Shown in pieces: positions 38,366-46,772 of a stretch of DNA of 64,000 bases. The notes beneath the pieces are model-generated. The model searched no databases. It was not told the DNA's origin and saw only the letters and a list, made by a program, of their open reading frames with translations. Made by a program: the position numbers and the translations under genes. The DNA comes from Thermoplasmata archaeon (GTDB lineage Archaea > Thermoplasmatota > Thermoplasmata > Lutacidiplasmatales > UBA184). Each line of letters opens with the position of its first letter. The first letter of the stretch is position 1. The stretch covers positions 4,560 to 68,559 of the forward strand of contig JAKAAX010000004.1 of assembly GCA_021802125.1 (NCBI GenBank), written 5' to 3'.

Positions 38366-39385
38366 GTGCCCAGCAAGGACCCGTTCGCCCAGGGCCCACG
38401 CCGCTTCCTCGCGATGCCCGCCGACGAGGTGGCGTTCCTCAGGAGCACGCTCAGCCTCTATCTCGGTCAGCCGCGCGTGGAGGAGCTCCTCCGGCTCTTC
38501 GGTCGCCGCCTCGGTCGGAGCATGGCGACGCTCGACCCCGAGGCTCCTGACGTGGCAGAGATGATCTGCCAGCTGGGGGCTCAGGTGGGACTCGGAAAGC
38601 TCTCGCACGTGGCAGGGACCGCTCCCGCGCTGAACCTGGGGGATGCGGACCCAGAGGCTGCGGAGCGGCCTGGGCCATCCGCGGGAGAGCGAGGATGGGT
38701 CCTCTTGCTCGAGCGGCTCGCCGAGCAGGTGCCGGCCGGTGGGACGAAGGGCGCCCCGGTCTTCACCGCGGGTCTCGTAGAGGGGCTCTTCGAAGGGGTG
38801 CTCGGGGTCCGGGTCAAAGGCGAGCTAAGGTCGCGGGGCGACGGACGGTGGGAGCTCTCCATCGGCCTCCTGCCGAGTGTGGGGCCGGAAGCGAGGGGCA
38901 CGACGCGCTTCCACCTGCCCACGACGCGAGCCTACCGTCTTGAGGTCCCGGCAGGAGGGGCCTTCTTCGACCGATTGGCCCCTTACGTCGTTCCAGGGTC
39001 CACGTTGGGGTTCACGCGTGAGCCCCCGCGCAGGCTGCGGGCCGAGTTCGGGTTCGCCGGGGTGGAACTGCATTGGTTCGCGGTGACGAACCGTCCCGGG
39101 GAGTCGGTCGTCTCGCCCAGGCAGATCGGCCATGTCGTCGAGGTTCTGGAGACCTACCTCCGCGCCCACCAAGGACCCGTGCTGGTCTTCCTCCAAGGGC
39201 TCGATTATCTCGAGAACCGGAACGCGCACTCCACCATCGTTCGTCTTGTCGAGGTCGTGAAGGAAAGGGTGACGTCGGCGGGAGGGGTGCTGGTGGTGGA
39301 ACTGCCGGTCGAGACTCTCGACCCCGACACCGCGCTCCAGCTGCGACGCGAGGTGGTCGACATCCTTCCCGCCGACGCCGCGTGA
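38366..39385 (+). CDS. V4R-like N-terminal domain + DUF835 domain protein (start uncertain)
   Basis: LFGRRLGR, FTAGLVEGLFE (V4R-like); FTREPP, HW, LQGLDYLENRN, VKERV (DUF835-like). Confidence 0.65.
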   Translation: MPSKDPFAQGPRRFLAMPADEVAFLRSTLSLYLGQPRVEELLRLFGRRLGRSMATLDPEAPDVAEMICQLGAQVGLGKLSHVAGTAPALNLGDADPEAAERPGPSAGERGWVLLLERLAEQVPAGGTKGAPVFTAGLVEGLFEGVLGVRVKGELRSRGDGRWELSIGLLPSVGPEARGTTRFHLPTTRAYRLEVPAGGAFFDRLAPYVVPGSTLGFTREPPRRLRAEFGFAGVELHWFAVTNRPGESVVSPRQIGHVVEVLETYLRAHQGPVLVFLQGLDYLENRNAHSTIVRLVEVVKERVTSAGGVLVVELPVETLDPDTALQLRREVVDILPADAA

Positions 39386-39489
39386 GACGCTCTCGGGCGG
39401 TCCCGCTCGACGGCTGTTGGACAGCGGTCCCTCGCCCGGGTGAGCGCCCCCCCGAGAAGCGCTTAGATAGGCCACGTCCTCGGGGCTCC

Positions 39490-40332
39490 GTGGCCGAGGC
39501 GGAGATCCGCGGCTCGTCGTTCCATTACGAGGATGTGGGGCAGGGCCCGGCCGTCGTTCTGCTACACGGACTGGGGGGCGATGGCCACGAGTGGGTCTAT
39601 CAGAAGGCCGCGCTCGCGTCCCGCTATCGCGTGGTCATCCCGGACCTGAAAGGCCACGGGCTCTCGGCAGCTCCCTCGACACCGGTCTACAGCCCCTTCG
39701 AACACGCCAAGGACGTGGTCGCGCTTCTCGACCACCTCAAGATCGACCAGGCGTTCATGGTCGGAATCAGTGCGGGCGGGTTCACCTGCCTCGCCCTCGC
39801 CCTCGACCACACGGCCCGTGTCCGCGGGATGGTCTTGCTCGCGACGACCGCGCACATGGACAAGTTCACCATCGCGGTAGGAAAGAAGTGGGTGGACCTC
39901 TTCCAGAAGGTCGGGTTCGACGCCTATATGGACCAGGAGATCCGGGACATCTTCTACCCGGACTGGCTCATGGAACACCTCGACCAGATGGCGAAGTTCA
40001 AGGATAGCCAGCGCGGCCGGGACCTCTCGGGCATCGCGCCGTCGGGAGCGGCCAACGTCACTTGGGACGTGCGGTCCAGGATCGGCAAGATCAAGCTGCC
40101 GACCCTCGTGGTCCACGGACTGGACGACCGTGTCGTCGACCCGACGTCGGCCCGGATCCTCCGCCAGACGATCCTGGGGTCGGAGATGAAGCTCTACCCG
40201 AACACGGGCCACATGCTCATCATCGAAAGGCCCCAGGAGATCAACGAGCTCCTTCTGGGATTCCTCGAGCGCGCGGCCGCCAAGACGTCCCCGCCGACCA
40301 CGTCTGAGGCTGGGCCAAAGCCCGAGGCCTGA
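39490..40332 (+). CDS. Alpha/beta hydrolase
   Basis: GQGPAVVLLHGLGG, PDLKGHG.S, GISAGG nucleophile elbow, HGLDD, GHML. Confidence 0.92.
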   Translation: MAEAEIRGSSFHYEDVGQGPAVVLLHGLGGDGHEWVYQKAALASRYRVVIPDLKGHGLSAAPSTPVYSPFEHAKDVVALLDHLKIDQAFMVGISAGGFTCLALALDHTARVRGMVLLATTAHMDKFTIAVGKKWVDLFQKVGFDAYMDQEIRDIFYPDWLMEHLDQMAKFKDSQRGRDLSGIAPSGAANVTWDVRSRIGKIKLPTLVVHGLDDRVVDPTSARILRQTILGSEMKLYPNTGHMLIIERPQEINELLLGFLERAAAKTSPPTTSEAGPKPEA

Positions 40333-40346
40333 GGCTGGGAGGGAAC

Positions 40347-41276
40347 ATGGTCGCCCGCCGTTCTTCCCGTGCTCCCATCCTCCCCTATCGACGGGCTGAG
40401 CTCTCGACCCCCGGCCACGACCTGAAGATGCTGAGAAAGGCCGCGGGTACGTCGGCGGACATGGTCCTCATGGACCTGGAGGACGGCTGCGCCCCGAGCC
40501 AGAAGGTGCCCGCCCGGGGCGTGGTGGTCGAGGCGGCGAAGACCCTGGACTGGGGGGGGAAGGTTCTCGCGTTCCGGCCCAACGGCTTGCGCACCCCGTA
40601 CTTCTTCGACGACCTCACGGAGGTCGTCGGGCAGGCGGGCGAGTTCCTCGACGTGATCGTCCTGCCGAAGGTCGAGGGACCAGAGGACGTCCGTTACGTG
40701 GACCGGCTCCTGGAGCACCTGGAGTGGAAGCACGACCTCGACCCCGGAAGGCTGCGACTCGAGGTGCTGATCGAGACCGCCCAGGGCGTCCTCAACGCGG
40801 GGGCCATCGCGAGGTCCTCGCCGAGGCTGGTCGCGCTCCTTTTCGGGATCTACGATTACGCCGGAGAGGTCGGGGCCACGGTGGGCAGCGACACTTTCAC
40901 GGACTTCACTTTCGCCAAGCAGTCGGCCCTCGCCGCCGCCCGCGCGGCGGGACTCCTCGCGCTGGACGGCATCACGGCCCGGTTCAAGGACCTCGAACTC
41001 ACCCGGACCGAATCGGAAAGCTCACGCCGGATGGGCTTCGACGGCAAGTGGGCCATCCACCCCTCGCAGGTCGACGTCATCCAGCGGGTCTTCACCCCGA
41101 GCCAGGAGGAGCTCGACCGGGCCGTCCGGCGGGTGACCGCCTATCGCCACGCGGACCGGGAGGGACGAGGAGCCATCGTGGTGGGCGAGGAGATGGTCGA
41201 CGAGGCCACCCTCCGGACGGAGATGAGGCGGGTCGCCCTGGGCCGTCGGCTCGGCCTGCTTTCTCCCGAGACCTAG
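40347..41276 (+). CDS. CitE/malyl-CoA lyase-like CoA ester lyase (HpcH/HpaI family)
   Basis: DLEDG, LPKVE, LIETAQG, FGIYDY, GFDGKWAIHPSQ, MVDEA. Confidence 0.9.
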   Translation: MVARRSSRAPILPYRRAELSTPGHDLKMLRKAAGTSADMVLMDLEDGCAPSQKVPARGVVVEAAKTLDWGGKVLAFRPNGLRTPYFFDDLTEVVGQAGEFLDVIVLPKVEGPEDVRYVDRLLEHLEWKHDLDPGRLRLEVLIETAQGVLNAGAIARSSPRLVALLFGIYDYAGEVGATVGSDTFTDFTFAKQSALAAARAAGLLALDGITARFKDLELTRTESESSRRMGFDGKWAIHPSQVDVIQRVFTPSQEELDRAVRRVTAYRHADREGRGAIVVGEEMVDEATLRTEMRRVALGRRLGLLSPET

Positions 41277-41309
41277 GCGGCTTATACCGGGACCGGCCCT
41301 GGGTGCCCT

Positions 41310-42275
41310 GTGCTTCGGTTCGCAGGGGTGTCCAAGCGGTACCCGGCGAACCGCTGGCTTCCTGCCCGCGACCCGGGAGGACCGGCCGCGTGGGGGCACC
41401 GAGAGGACCAGCGCCCTGCGCTGGACGGGCTAGACCTTGAGGTGCGCAACGGGGAGATCGTGGGCCTGGTCGGCCTGAACGGGGCCGGGAAGACCACGGC
41501 CATCCGGATCGCGGTCGGGGTGTCCCTCCCCACGCGAGGGTCCGTGAGCGTGGACGGCCACGACATCGTCGAGGAGAAGATCGAGGCGGCATCCACGCTG
41601 GGCTGGGTCCCGGAGTTCCCCAACTTCGAGCCGCAGGCCGGGGCGCTGGATCTTCTCCAGTACTTCGCCGGATACCATGGGATGGCGGGCGCTCCGACGC
41701 GGGAGTGGTGCATCTCCCTTCTCAAGCAGGTCGGGCTCGAGGGGCGGGAGCGGGACCGCGTCGGGACCTTCTCCCAGGGAATGAAGAAGCGGTTCGCCAT
41801 GGCCGCGGCGCTGCTCAACCGGCCGAAGAACCTGTTCCTGGACGAGCTCCTGAACGGGCTCGACCCTCAGGGCATCCGGTTCTCACGCAACCTGCTGCTG
41901 TCGCTCCGCCAGCAGGGCTGCGCGATCCTGCTCTCCTCCCACATCCTGACGGAGATCGAACAGCTGTCCGACCGTATCGCGTTCGTCCACCAGGGCAAGC
42001 TGATCAAGACGATCTCTCACGAGGAGCTCGAAAAGGCCCCCGGCAGCCGGCTGCGTATCCGGGTCACCTCCCCGGACCAGGGGGCCCTGGAGTACCTGCG
42101 CAGCGTGGGACCCACGGAGACCGACGGACCCACGTTCGTCCTTGCGGCACCCCAGGTGGACCCCGCCGAGGTGAACGCGCAGCTGGTCCGTCGGGGATAC
42201 CGGGTCGTGGACCTCCATACCGAACGCGAGGACCTGGAGGCGTACTTCTTCCGGCTCATCGGGGAGGATACGTGA
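41310..42275 (+). CDS. ABC-2 type exporter ATP-binding subunit
   Basis: GLNGAGKTT, FSQGMKKR, FLDE..NGLDPQG, LSSHIL. Confidence 0.93.
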   Translation: MLRFAGVSKRYPANRWLPARDPGGPAAWGHREDQRPALDGLDLEVRNGEIVGLVGLNGAGKTTAIRIAVGVSLPTRGSVSVDGHDIVEEKIEAASTLGWVPEFPNFEPQAGALDLLQYFAGYHGMAGAPTREWCISLLKQVGLEGRERDRVGTFSQGMKKRFAMAAALLNRPKNLFLDELLNGLDPQGIRFSRNLLLSLRQQGCAILLSSHILTEIEQLSDRIAFVHQGKLIKTISHEELEKAPGSRLRIRVTSPDQGALEYLRSVGPTETDGPTFVLAAPQVDPAEVNAQLVRRGYRVVDLHTEREDLEAYFFRLIGEDT

Positions 42276-43102
42276 ACTCGTTCGTCTACGACGTGCTGCG
42301 CGTGCTCCGCAACCGGGGCGTCCTCCTGGTGATGTTGCTGACGACGCTGCTCTCCTTCGTCGCGCTGACGATCTTTGTTGCGGTCGCGCGACCGCTCAGC
42401 GCGTTCCAGGTGAACGCTGACCAGACGATCGTCGTGCTGATCATGGGGATGATCTACGCCTTCTTCGTCCCCATCCTGGGGATCCAGTCCGGCTACAGCA
42501 CCTACGCGAGGGACCGGGCGACCGGCGTACTCGAGTCGGTGATGGTCCGACCCGTCACCCGGGAACGCATCATCCTCTCCCGGTACCTCGCGGTGGTGAT
42601 CGCCTCGGCCTTGGCCATCGCGGTCGCGCTGGGGCTGCTGGACCTCATCTCGGTCTTCGAGACGGGCTACGCTCTGCCGACCTTGCAGCTCGTGGGCCTC
42701 TTCCTGGGGCTGCTGGTGGAGTCGGTCGCCTTCGCCGGGCTGCTCTTCCTGCTCGCCCACCTGCTCCGTTCACCCGGCGCGATCATGGGCTCGGCGGTCG
42801 TGGTCTTCGTCCTCATCGACATCGTGTGGTTCTTCCTGCTCCTCTTCGTCGGGGTCTTCTTCGGTGGGCTCTCGACCACCTCCGGCCTCTCCCGTGTCGT
42901 GGGGTTGGAGTACGTGGACCCGTCCGGCTTCCCCCTGCTGGTCATGGCGTTCGTCCAGGGCGGCCTGTTCGGAGGGCTCATCCAGCCTCCGGGGGGGCTG
43001 GGCAGCATCGGGATCTCGGTCCCGTTCTTGGTCGTGGCCGGCCTCTTCTGGTCCATCGTGCCCTTCTTGCTGGCCCTATGGCTCGCGCGCACGCGCGACT
43101 GA
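42272..43102 (+). CDS. ABC-2 type exporter permease
   Basis: About 6 TM; RDRATGVLESVMVRPVTR; GTGA overlap with the ATPase gene. Confidence 0.88.
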   Translation: MNSFVYDVLRVLRNRGVLLVMLLTTLLSFVALTIFVAVARPLSAFQVNADQTIVVLIMGMIYAFFVPILGIQSGYSTYARDRATGVLESVMVRPVTRERIILSRYLAVVIASALAIAVALGLLDLISVFETGYALPTLQLVGLFLGLLVESVAFAGLLFLLAHLLRSPGAIMGSAVVVFVLIDIVWFFLLLFVGVFFGGLSTTSGLSRVVGLEYVDPSGFPLLVMAFVQGGLFGGLIQPPGGLGSIGISVPFLVVAGLFWSIVPFLLALWLARTRD

Positions 43103-43270
43103 GCCGCGGCCGACTTCTCGACGGGGACAACGAGCGATCGGTCGGCGAGGGCAGGTGGCCCCGGTCGTCCGCCGTGTGAATCCCCAGGTTCCACCCCGTT
43201 TGTGTCCCGACGCGAGGATGGTCGATGGGCCGCAGGCCCACATGGTCCTGGGTGGGAGACGCCCTTCCCT

Positions 43271-43843
43271 CTACGCCTCGGGAGCGCCGCCCTCAGCTGG
43301 AGGGATCGTAGCGTCGCGCCCCGCGGAGCTGGCGCTCTTGGAGCCTTTCGAGGGCCGGTCCTGTTCCGCGGGCTCGTCCTGACGCTCTTCCTCAAGGCCG
43401 CGTCGGCGAAGTCGCAGGAGCCCGAGGGCGCAGGCGAGGACCCCGACGTTGGAGAAGTAGGCCCCGAGGCAGATCGGGCAGAAGACGAAGTGATGGGGGT
43501 CGATCAGGAACATCTCGGTGTATCCGAAGCCCACCGACGCCACGACACCAAGGAAGCTCAGTCCCAGGAGCGCCTGGAGGAAGCGCGGGTCGTACGTCCG
43601 GAGGAGGAGGACCTCCACCACCAGCATTGCGACGAAGCCTCCGATCCCGATGGCGTAGTCGGGGACTGGCCCCACGTGAGAATACGCGCTCTGGTCGACG
43701 GCGCCGCACTGGACCCAGGCGTTGACGTTGCAGGTCGACTGGAGGGAGGGGGTCAGGCTCTCCGCCATGGCGTAGAAGCTGAAGGCCAGCCCCACCACGA
43801 GGCAGAGGATGGTCGCTCTGTGGAGGACCTCGGCTGAGACCAT
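43271..43843 (-). CDS. Vitamin K epoxide reductase (VKOR) family protein (alternative start 43870)
   Basis: TM1, loop C-x7-C (TCNVNAWVQC), V.QSAYS..GPVP, further TMs, FCPIC active site. Confidence 0.9.
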   Translation of the reverse strand: MVSAEVLHRATILCLVVGLAFSFYAMAESLTPSLQSTCNVNAWVQCGAVDQSAYSHVGPVPDYAIGIGGFVAMLVVEVLLLRTYDPRFLQALLGLSFLGVVASVGFGYTEMFLIDPHHFVFCPICLGAYFSNVGVLACALGLLRLRRRGLEEERQDEPAEQDRPSKGSKSASSAGRDATIPPAEGGAPEA

Positions 43844-43913
43844 GGCGCTCCCGGTTTCGCGCTCCGCCAAAGCTCCAGACCTTCGTGGCTCAAGAAGTCG
43901 CGGGTTCTCCTGC

Positions 43914-45119
43914 TCAGCTGATACCGTCGAAGACCCCGATGACGTTGGGGTCGTTCTTCACCGCGGGGGGGCCGGCCCCCGCGCCCTGGGCGAGCTGGAC
44001 CGCCTTGAGCATGTAGGCCTCGAGGTAGTACTGCGCTTCGTGGACGGCGCCGTAGACCGGCCCCGTGGTCGAGTTGAGGTCGGCCTGCACCTGTTGCCAG
44101 GTGAGGGGGGTCCCTCCCGAGCCGCCACAGCCGGCGGTGGTGAGACAACCGGGGTCCACGAGGGTACCGATGTGGGCGTAGAGACCGCCCACCATGACGA
44201 AGGGGAGATTGCCGCCGGCGTACGCCTGGATGTAGGCGCCCTCGGGGCAGGAGGGGACCACGGGGCTCACGTGGGCCTGGACCGTCTCCTGGGGGTCCCA
44301 GGAGACGTAGGAGCTTTGCAGGCTCGAACTTGAGTCCAGGACGACCTCGGCGATGCCGACCTGCCCGTTCCCGTAGACATCCCCGGGGTCCGACATCCCG
44401 TAGCTGGTGCCGGTGAGGCTCCCGAACGACTGGAGAGCGCCTTTGAGCGCCCAGCTCGAGGCCGAACAGTACGGACAGGCTGTGGAGCCCCAGTAGAGCA
44501 CGATGGGGGCGTTCCCGTTCGTCCAAACGGGGTTGCTCGATTTCTCCCACGTCCCGCCCCGGTCGAAACCGGGTTCGGGCGAGACGGAAGAGGAGAGGCT
44601 AGGGCAGTGGCTCGCGAGGGAGAAGCCGACGAGCACCAGGCCCACGAGCAGGCCGGCCACGAGGCCGGAGGCGACGTTGCGCTTCCAGTTCCGGACCGAC
44701 TCCCGGCTCGCGACCACGAAGCTCGCTCCGAGCAGGACCACGCCGATGACCGCCACCACGGCGACCGCGGTGAACGGGACGATCGCCACGACGATGGGCC
44801 ACTCCAGACTGAGGACGAGAGGGACCGCCCCCGCGAGCGCCACAAGGGTGCCGACGAAGGCGACACGGCGCCACGTGGCCTTCTTGCGGGTCTCCGCCGA
44901 GCGCCCCTCCCGGGAGCGCCCGGCACCCTCGGTCCTGGGCGCGCCGGAGCGCATCGCCCGGCTGAGCTTCGAGCGACGTTGAAGGTAGAGAGCCTTCAGC
45001 GCGAGGCCCGGACGGCCCGAACCGGAGGGCGGGGAGAAGCCGACCTTCTCGTCGGCGGCGATCTCCTCCCAGCTCAGTCCCTTCCTGCGGAGCCGTTCCA
45101 CGCGGTCCCAGTCGGTCAT
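43914..45119 (-). CDS. HTH-like domain + 3 TM + DUF929-like thioredoxin-fold (CPYC) protein, paralog 2
   Basis: YWGSTACPYCSASSW, GNLPF cis-Pro loop, three hydrophobic segments. Confidence 0.8.
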   Translation of the reverse strand: MTDWDRVERLRRKGLSWEEIAADEKVGFSPPSGSGRPGLALKALYLQRRSKLSRAMRSGAPRTEGAGRSREGRSAETRKKATWRRVAFVGTLVALAGAVPLVLSLEWPIVVAIVPFTAVAVVAVIGVVLLGASFVVASRESVRNWKRNVASGLVAGLLVGLVLVGFSLASHCPSLSSSVSPEPGFDRGGTWEKSSNPVWTNGNAPIVLYWGSTACPYCSASSWALKGALQSFGSLTGTSYGMSDPGDVYGNGQVGIAEVVLDSSSSLQSSYVSWDPQETVQAHVSPVVPSCPEGAYIQAYAGGNLPFVMVGGLYAHIGTLVDPGCLTTAGCGGSGGTPLTWQQVQADLNSTTGPVYGAVHEAQYYLEAYMLKAVQLAQGAGAGPPAVKNDPNVIGVFDGIS

Positions 45120-45281
45120 GAACCGTCTCTCCCCCGGCTATGGACGACGGGCGCGGGAGAACGACCGAACAGAGCATCCCGCACGGGGGGTCTACCCCCG
45201 GGGGTCCTATTTCTCCTCCACGTGCGGGTCGGTCCACCTGGGAGGGACCGACCGGAGCGGGGCCCGAGACGTCCGAGCGCT

Positions 45282-46475
45282 CTAGGTGATGGCCTGGAAA
45301 TCTCCAGAGGCCGGAGAGTTAGGGTTCGTGACCACGCTAGGCAGGGGGAGCCCCGCCAACTGGTCGGCCTTCCCCATGTACGCTTCAAGCCAGAACTGGG
45401 CGGGTAAGATCGCGCTGCACACCGCGTTCTGGTTCGGGTTGTTCCCGCACGACGCGAGGTCGGAGGCCACGACCTGGGGGCTGTAGGGGGTACCCTGCGG
45501 CGAGAGAAGGGCGGGGTTGACCAGGCTGCCCGTGTGCATGAAGACCCCACCGACCACCACGAAGGGGATCCCTCCCTGGGTGTTGTACTGGGCCACGTAC
45601 GCCGACTCCGGGCAACCGACGTTCGGGACCGTGATCTGGGTGTCGTCCGCGCCCTCGTGGGGGTCCCAGCTGATGTAGGTGCTCGAGACCGAGGAGGAGA
45701 CGAAGTTGACCTCGGGGGTGTTCGGGTAGACATCCGTCGAGCTCGAGGTACCCATCGAGACGCCGCTCATGGAGGAGGAGACGTTCAACAGAGCGCCTTT
45801 GAGCGCCCAGCTCGAGGCCGAGCAATAGGGACAGGCGATGGAGCCCAGGTAGAAGACCACCGGCGCACCGTTCTGAGACCACACGGGGTTGTCCGCGCGG
45901 ATCCAGCCCGTGTCCCCTGCCGGACCGGGCTCCCCGTTCTTCGTCTGCGCGAGGTTGGGGCAGCCCTGGGAGAGCGAGACGGACGCCAGGACACCGGCCA
46001 GCACGATCCCTAGGATGACCCCTGCGATGACCCCGCCCTTCCACATCGCGAGGGCCCTGCCGCTGCCGGCGATGAACGCGGCACCGAGCAGGATGCCTCC
46101 GACCGCGGCCACCACGACGAGGGCAAGCTGGGGCACCAGGTAGACGATGAGGCGGAGCTCGAAGCTCAAGAGCAGCGGGATGGCTCCCGCGAGGGCGACG
46201 AGGATCCCCAAGAACGCGGTGGTGCGGAAGATCTTCCTCTTCGTCCATCCGCCCTTCGCGCCGCTTCCCGACCCTCCGGAGGCTCCGCCCGTCTCCGAGC
46301 CGCCCTTGGCCTGACGGCGGGTGCGCGACCGGCGCTGGAAGTAGAGCGCCTTGAGGGCGAGCCCGGGCTTCTCCGTCCCCTCGGGGGGCTTGAACTCGAC
46401 CCGGTCGTCGGCCGCGATCTCGTCCCAGCTCTGGCCCCGTCCCCGAAGCCTCTCGACGCGTTCCCAGTCCGTCAT
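45282..46475 (-). CDS. HTH-like domain + 3 TM + DUF929-like thioredoxin-fold (CPYC) protein, paralog 1
   Basis: YLGSIACPYCSASSW, DVYPNTP, GGIPF, three hydrophobic segments. Confidence 0.8.
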   Translation of the reverse strand: MTDWERVERLRGRGQSWDEIAADDRVEFKPPEGTEKPGLALKALYFQRRSRTRRQAKGGSETGGASGGSGSGAKGGWTKRKIFRTTAFLGILVALAGAIPLLLSFELRLIVYLVPQLALVVVAAVGGILLGAAFIAGSGRALAMWKGGVIAGVILGIVLAGVLASVSLSQGCPNLAQTKNGEPGPAGDTGWIRADNPVWSQNGAPVVFYLGSIACPYCSASSWALKGALLNVSSSMSGVSMGTSSSTDVYPNTPEVNFVSSSVSSTYISWDPHEGADDTQITVPNVGCPESAYVAQYNTQGGIPFVVVGGVFMHTGSLVNPALLSPQGTPYSPQVVASDLASCGNNPNQNAVCSAILPAQFWLEAYMGKADQLAGLPLPSVVTNPNSPASGDFQAIT

Positions 46476-46772
46476 CGTTCTTCAGTGAGGCCGTGGGTCC
46501 GCCGGAGCCTCAGCGGCTTCCGTTCGTACGCCAAGCCAACGCACCCACAGCGGGGGTATTCAAGGCCTTTGCTCGCCGACCCCGAACCGGGCGTCCACGC
46601 TTTTTCCCGCTCCTCGCGCGCGGTAACCCTTCCGCGGGCGACGCGGACCGAGAAGGTGAGCCCCCACCCTCCTCGCCCCGGTTCCCCTGCCCCCGCGGTT
46701 CCCGGTATCCGGGGGGAGACTCGGAAGGGCTTGGGCAAGAACCCATAACCTACCTGCGATATCCCCGGGCGC

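Noticed and set aside
46676-46740. ctgcccccgc upstream of cobT resembling part of a cobalamin riboswitch
   Set aside because: The upstream GGGAA..CGGTG and downstream ACTGT elements are missing, and such GC-rich matches arise by chance
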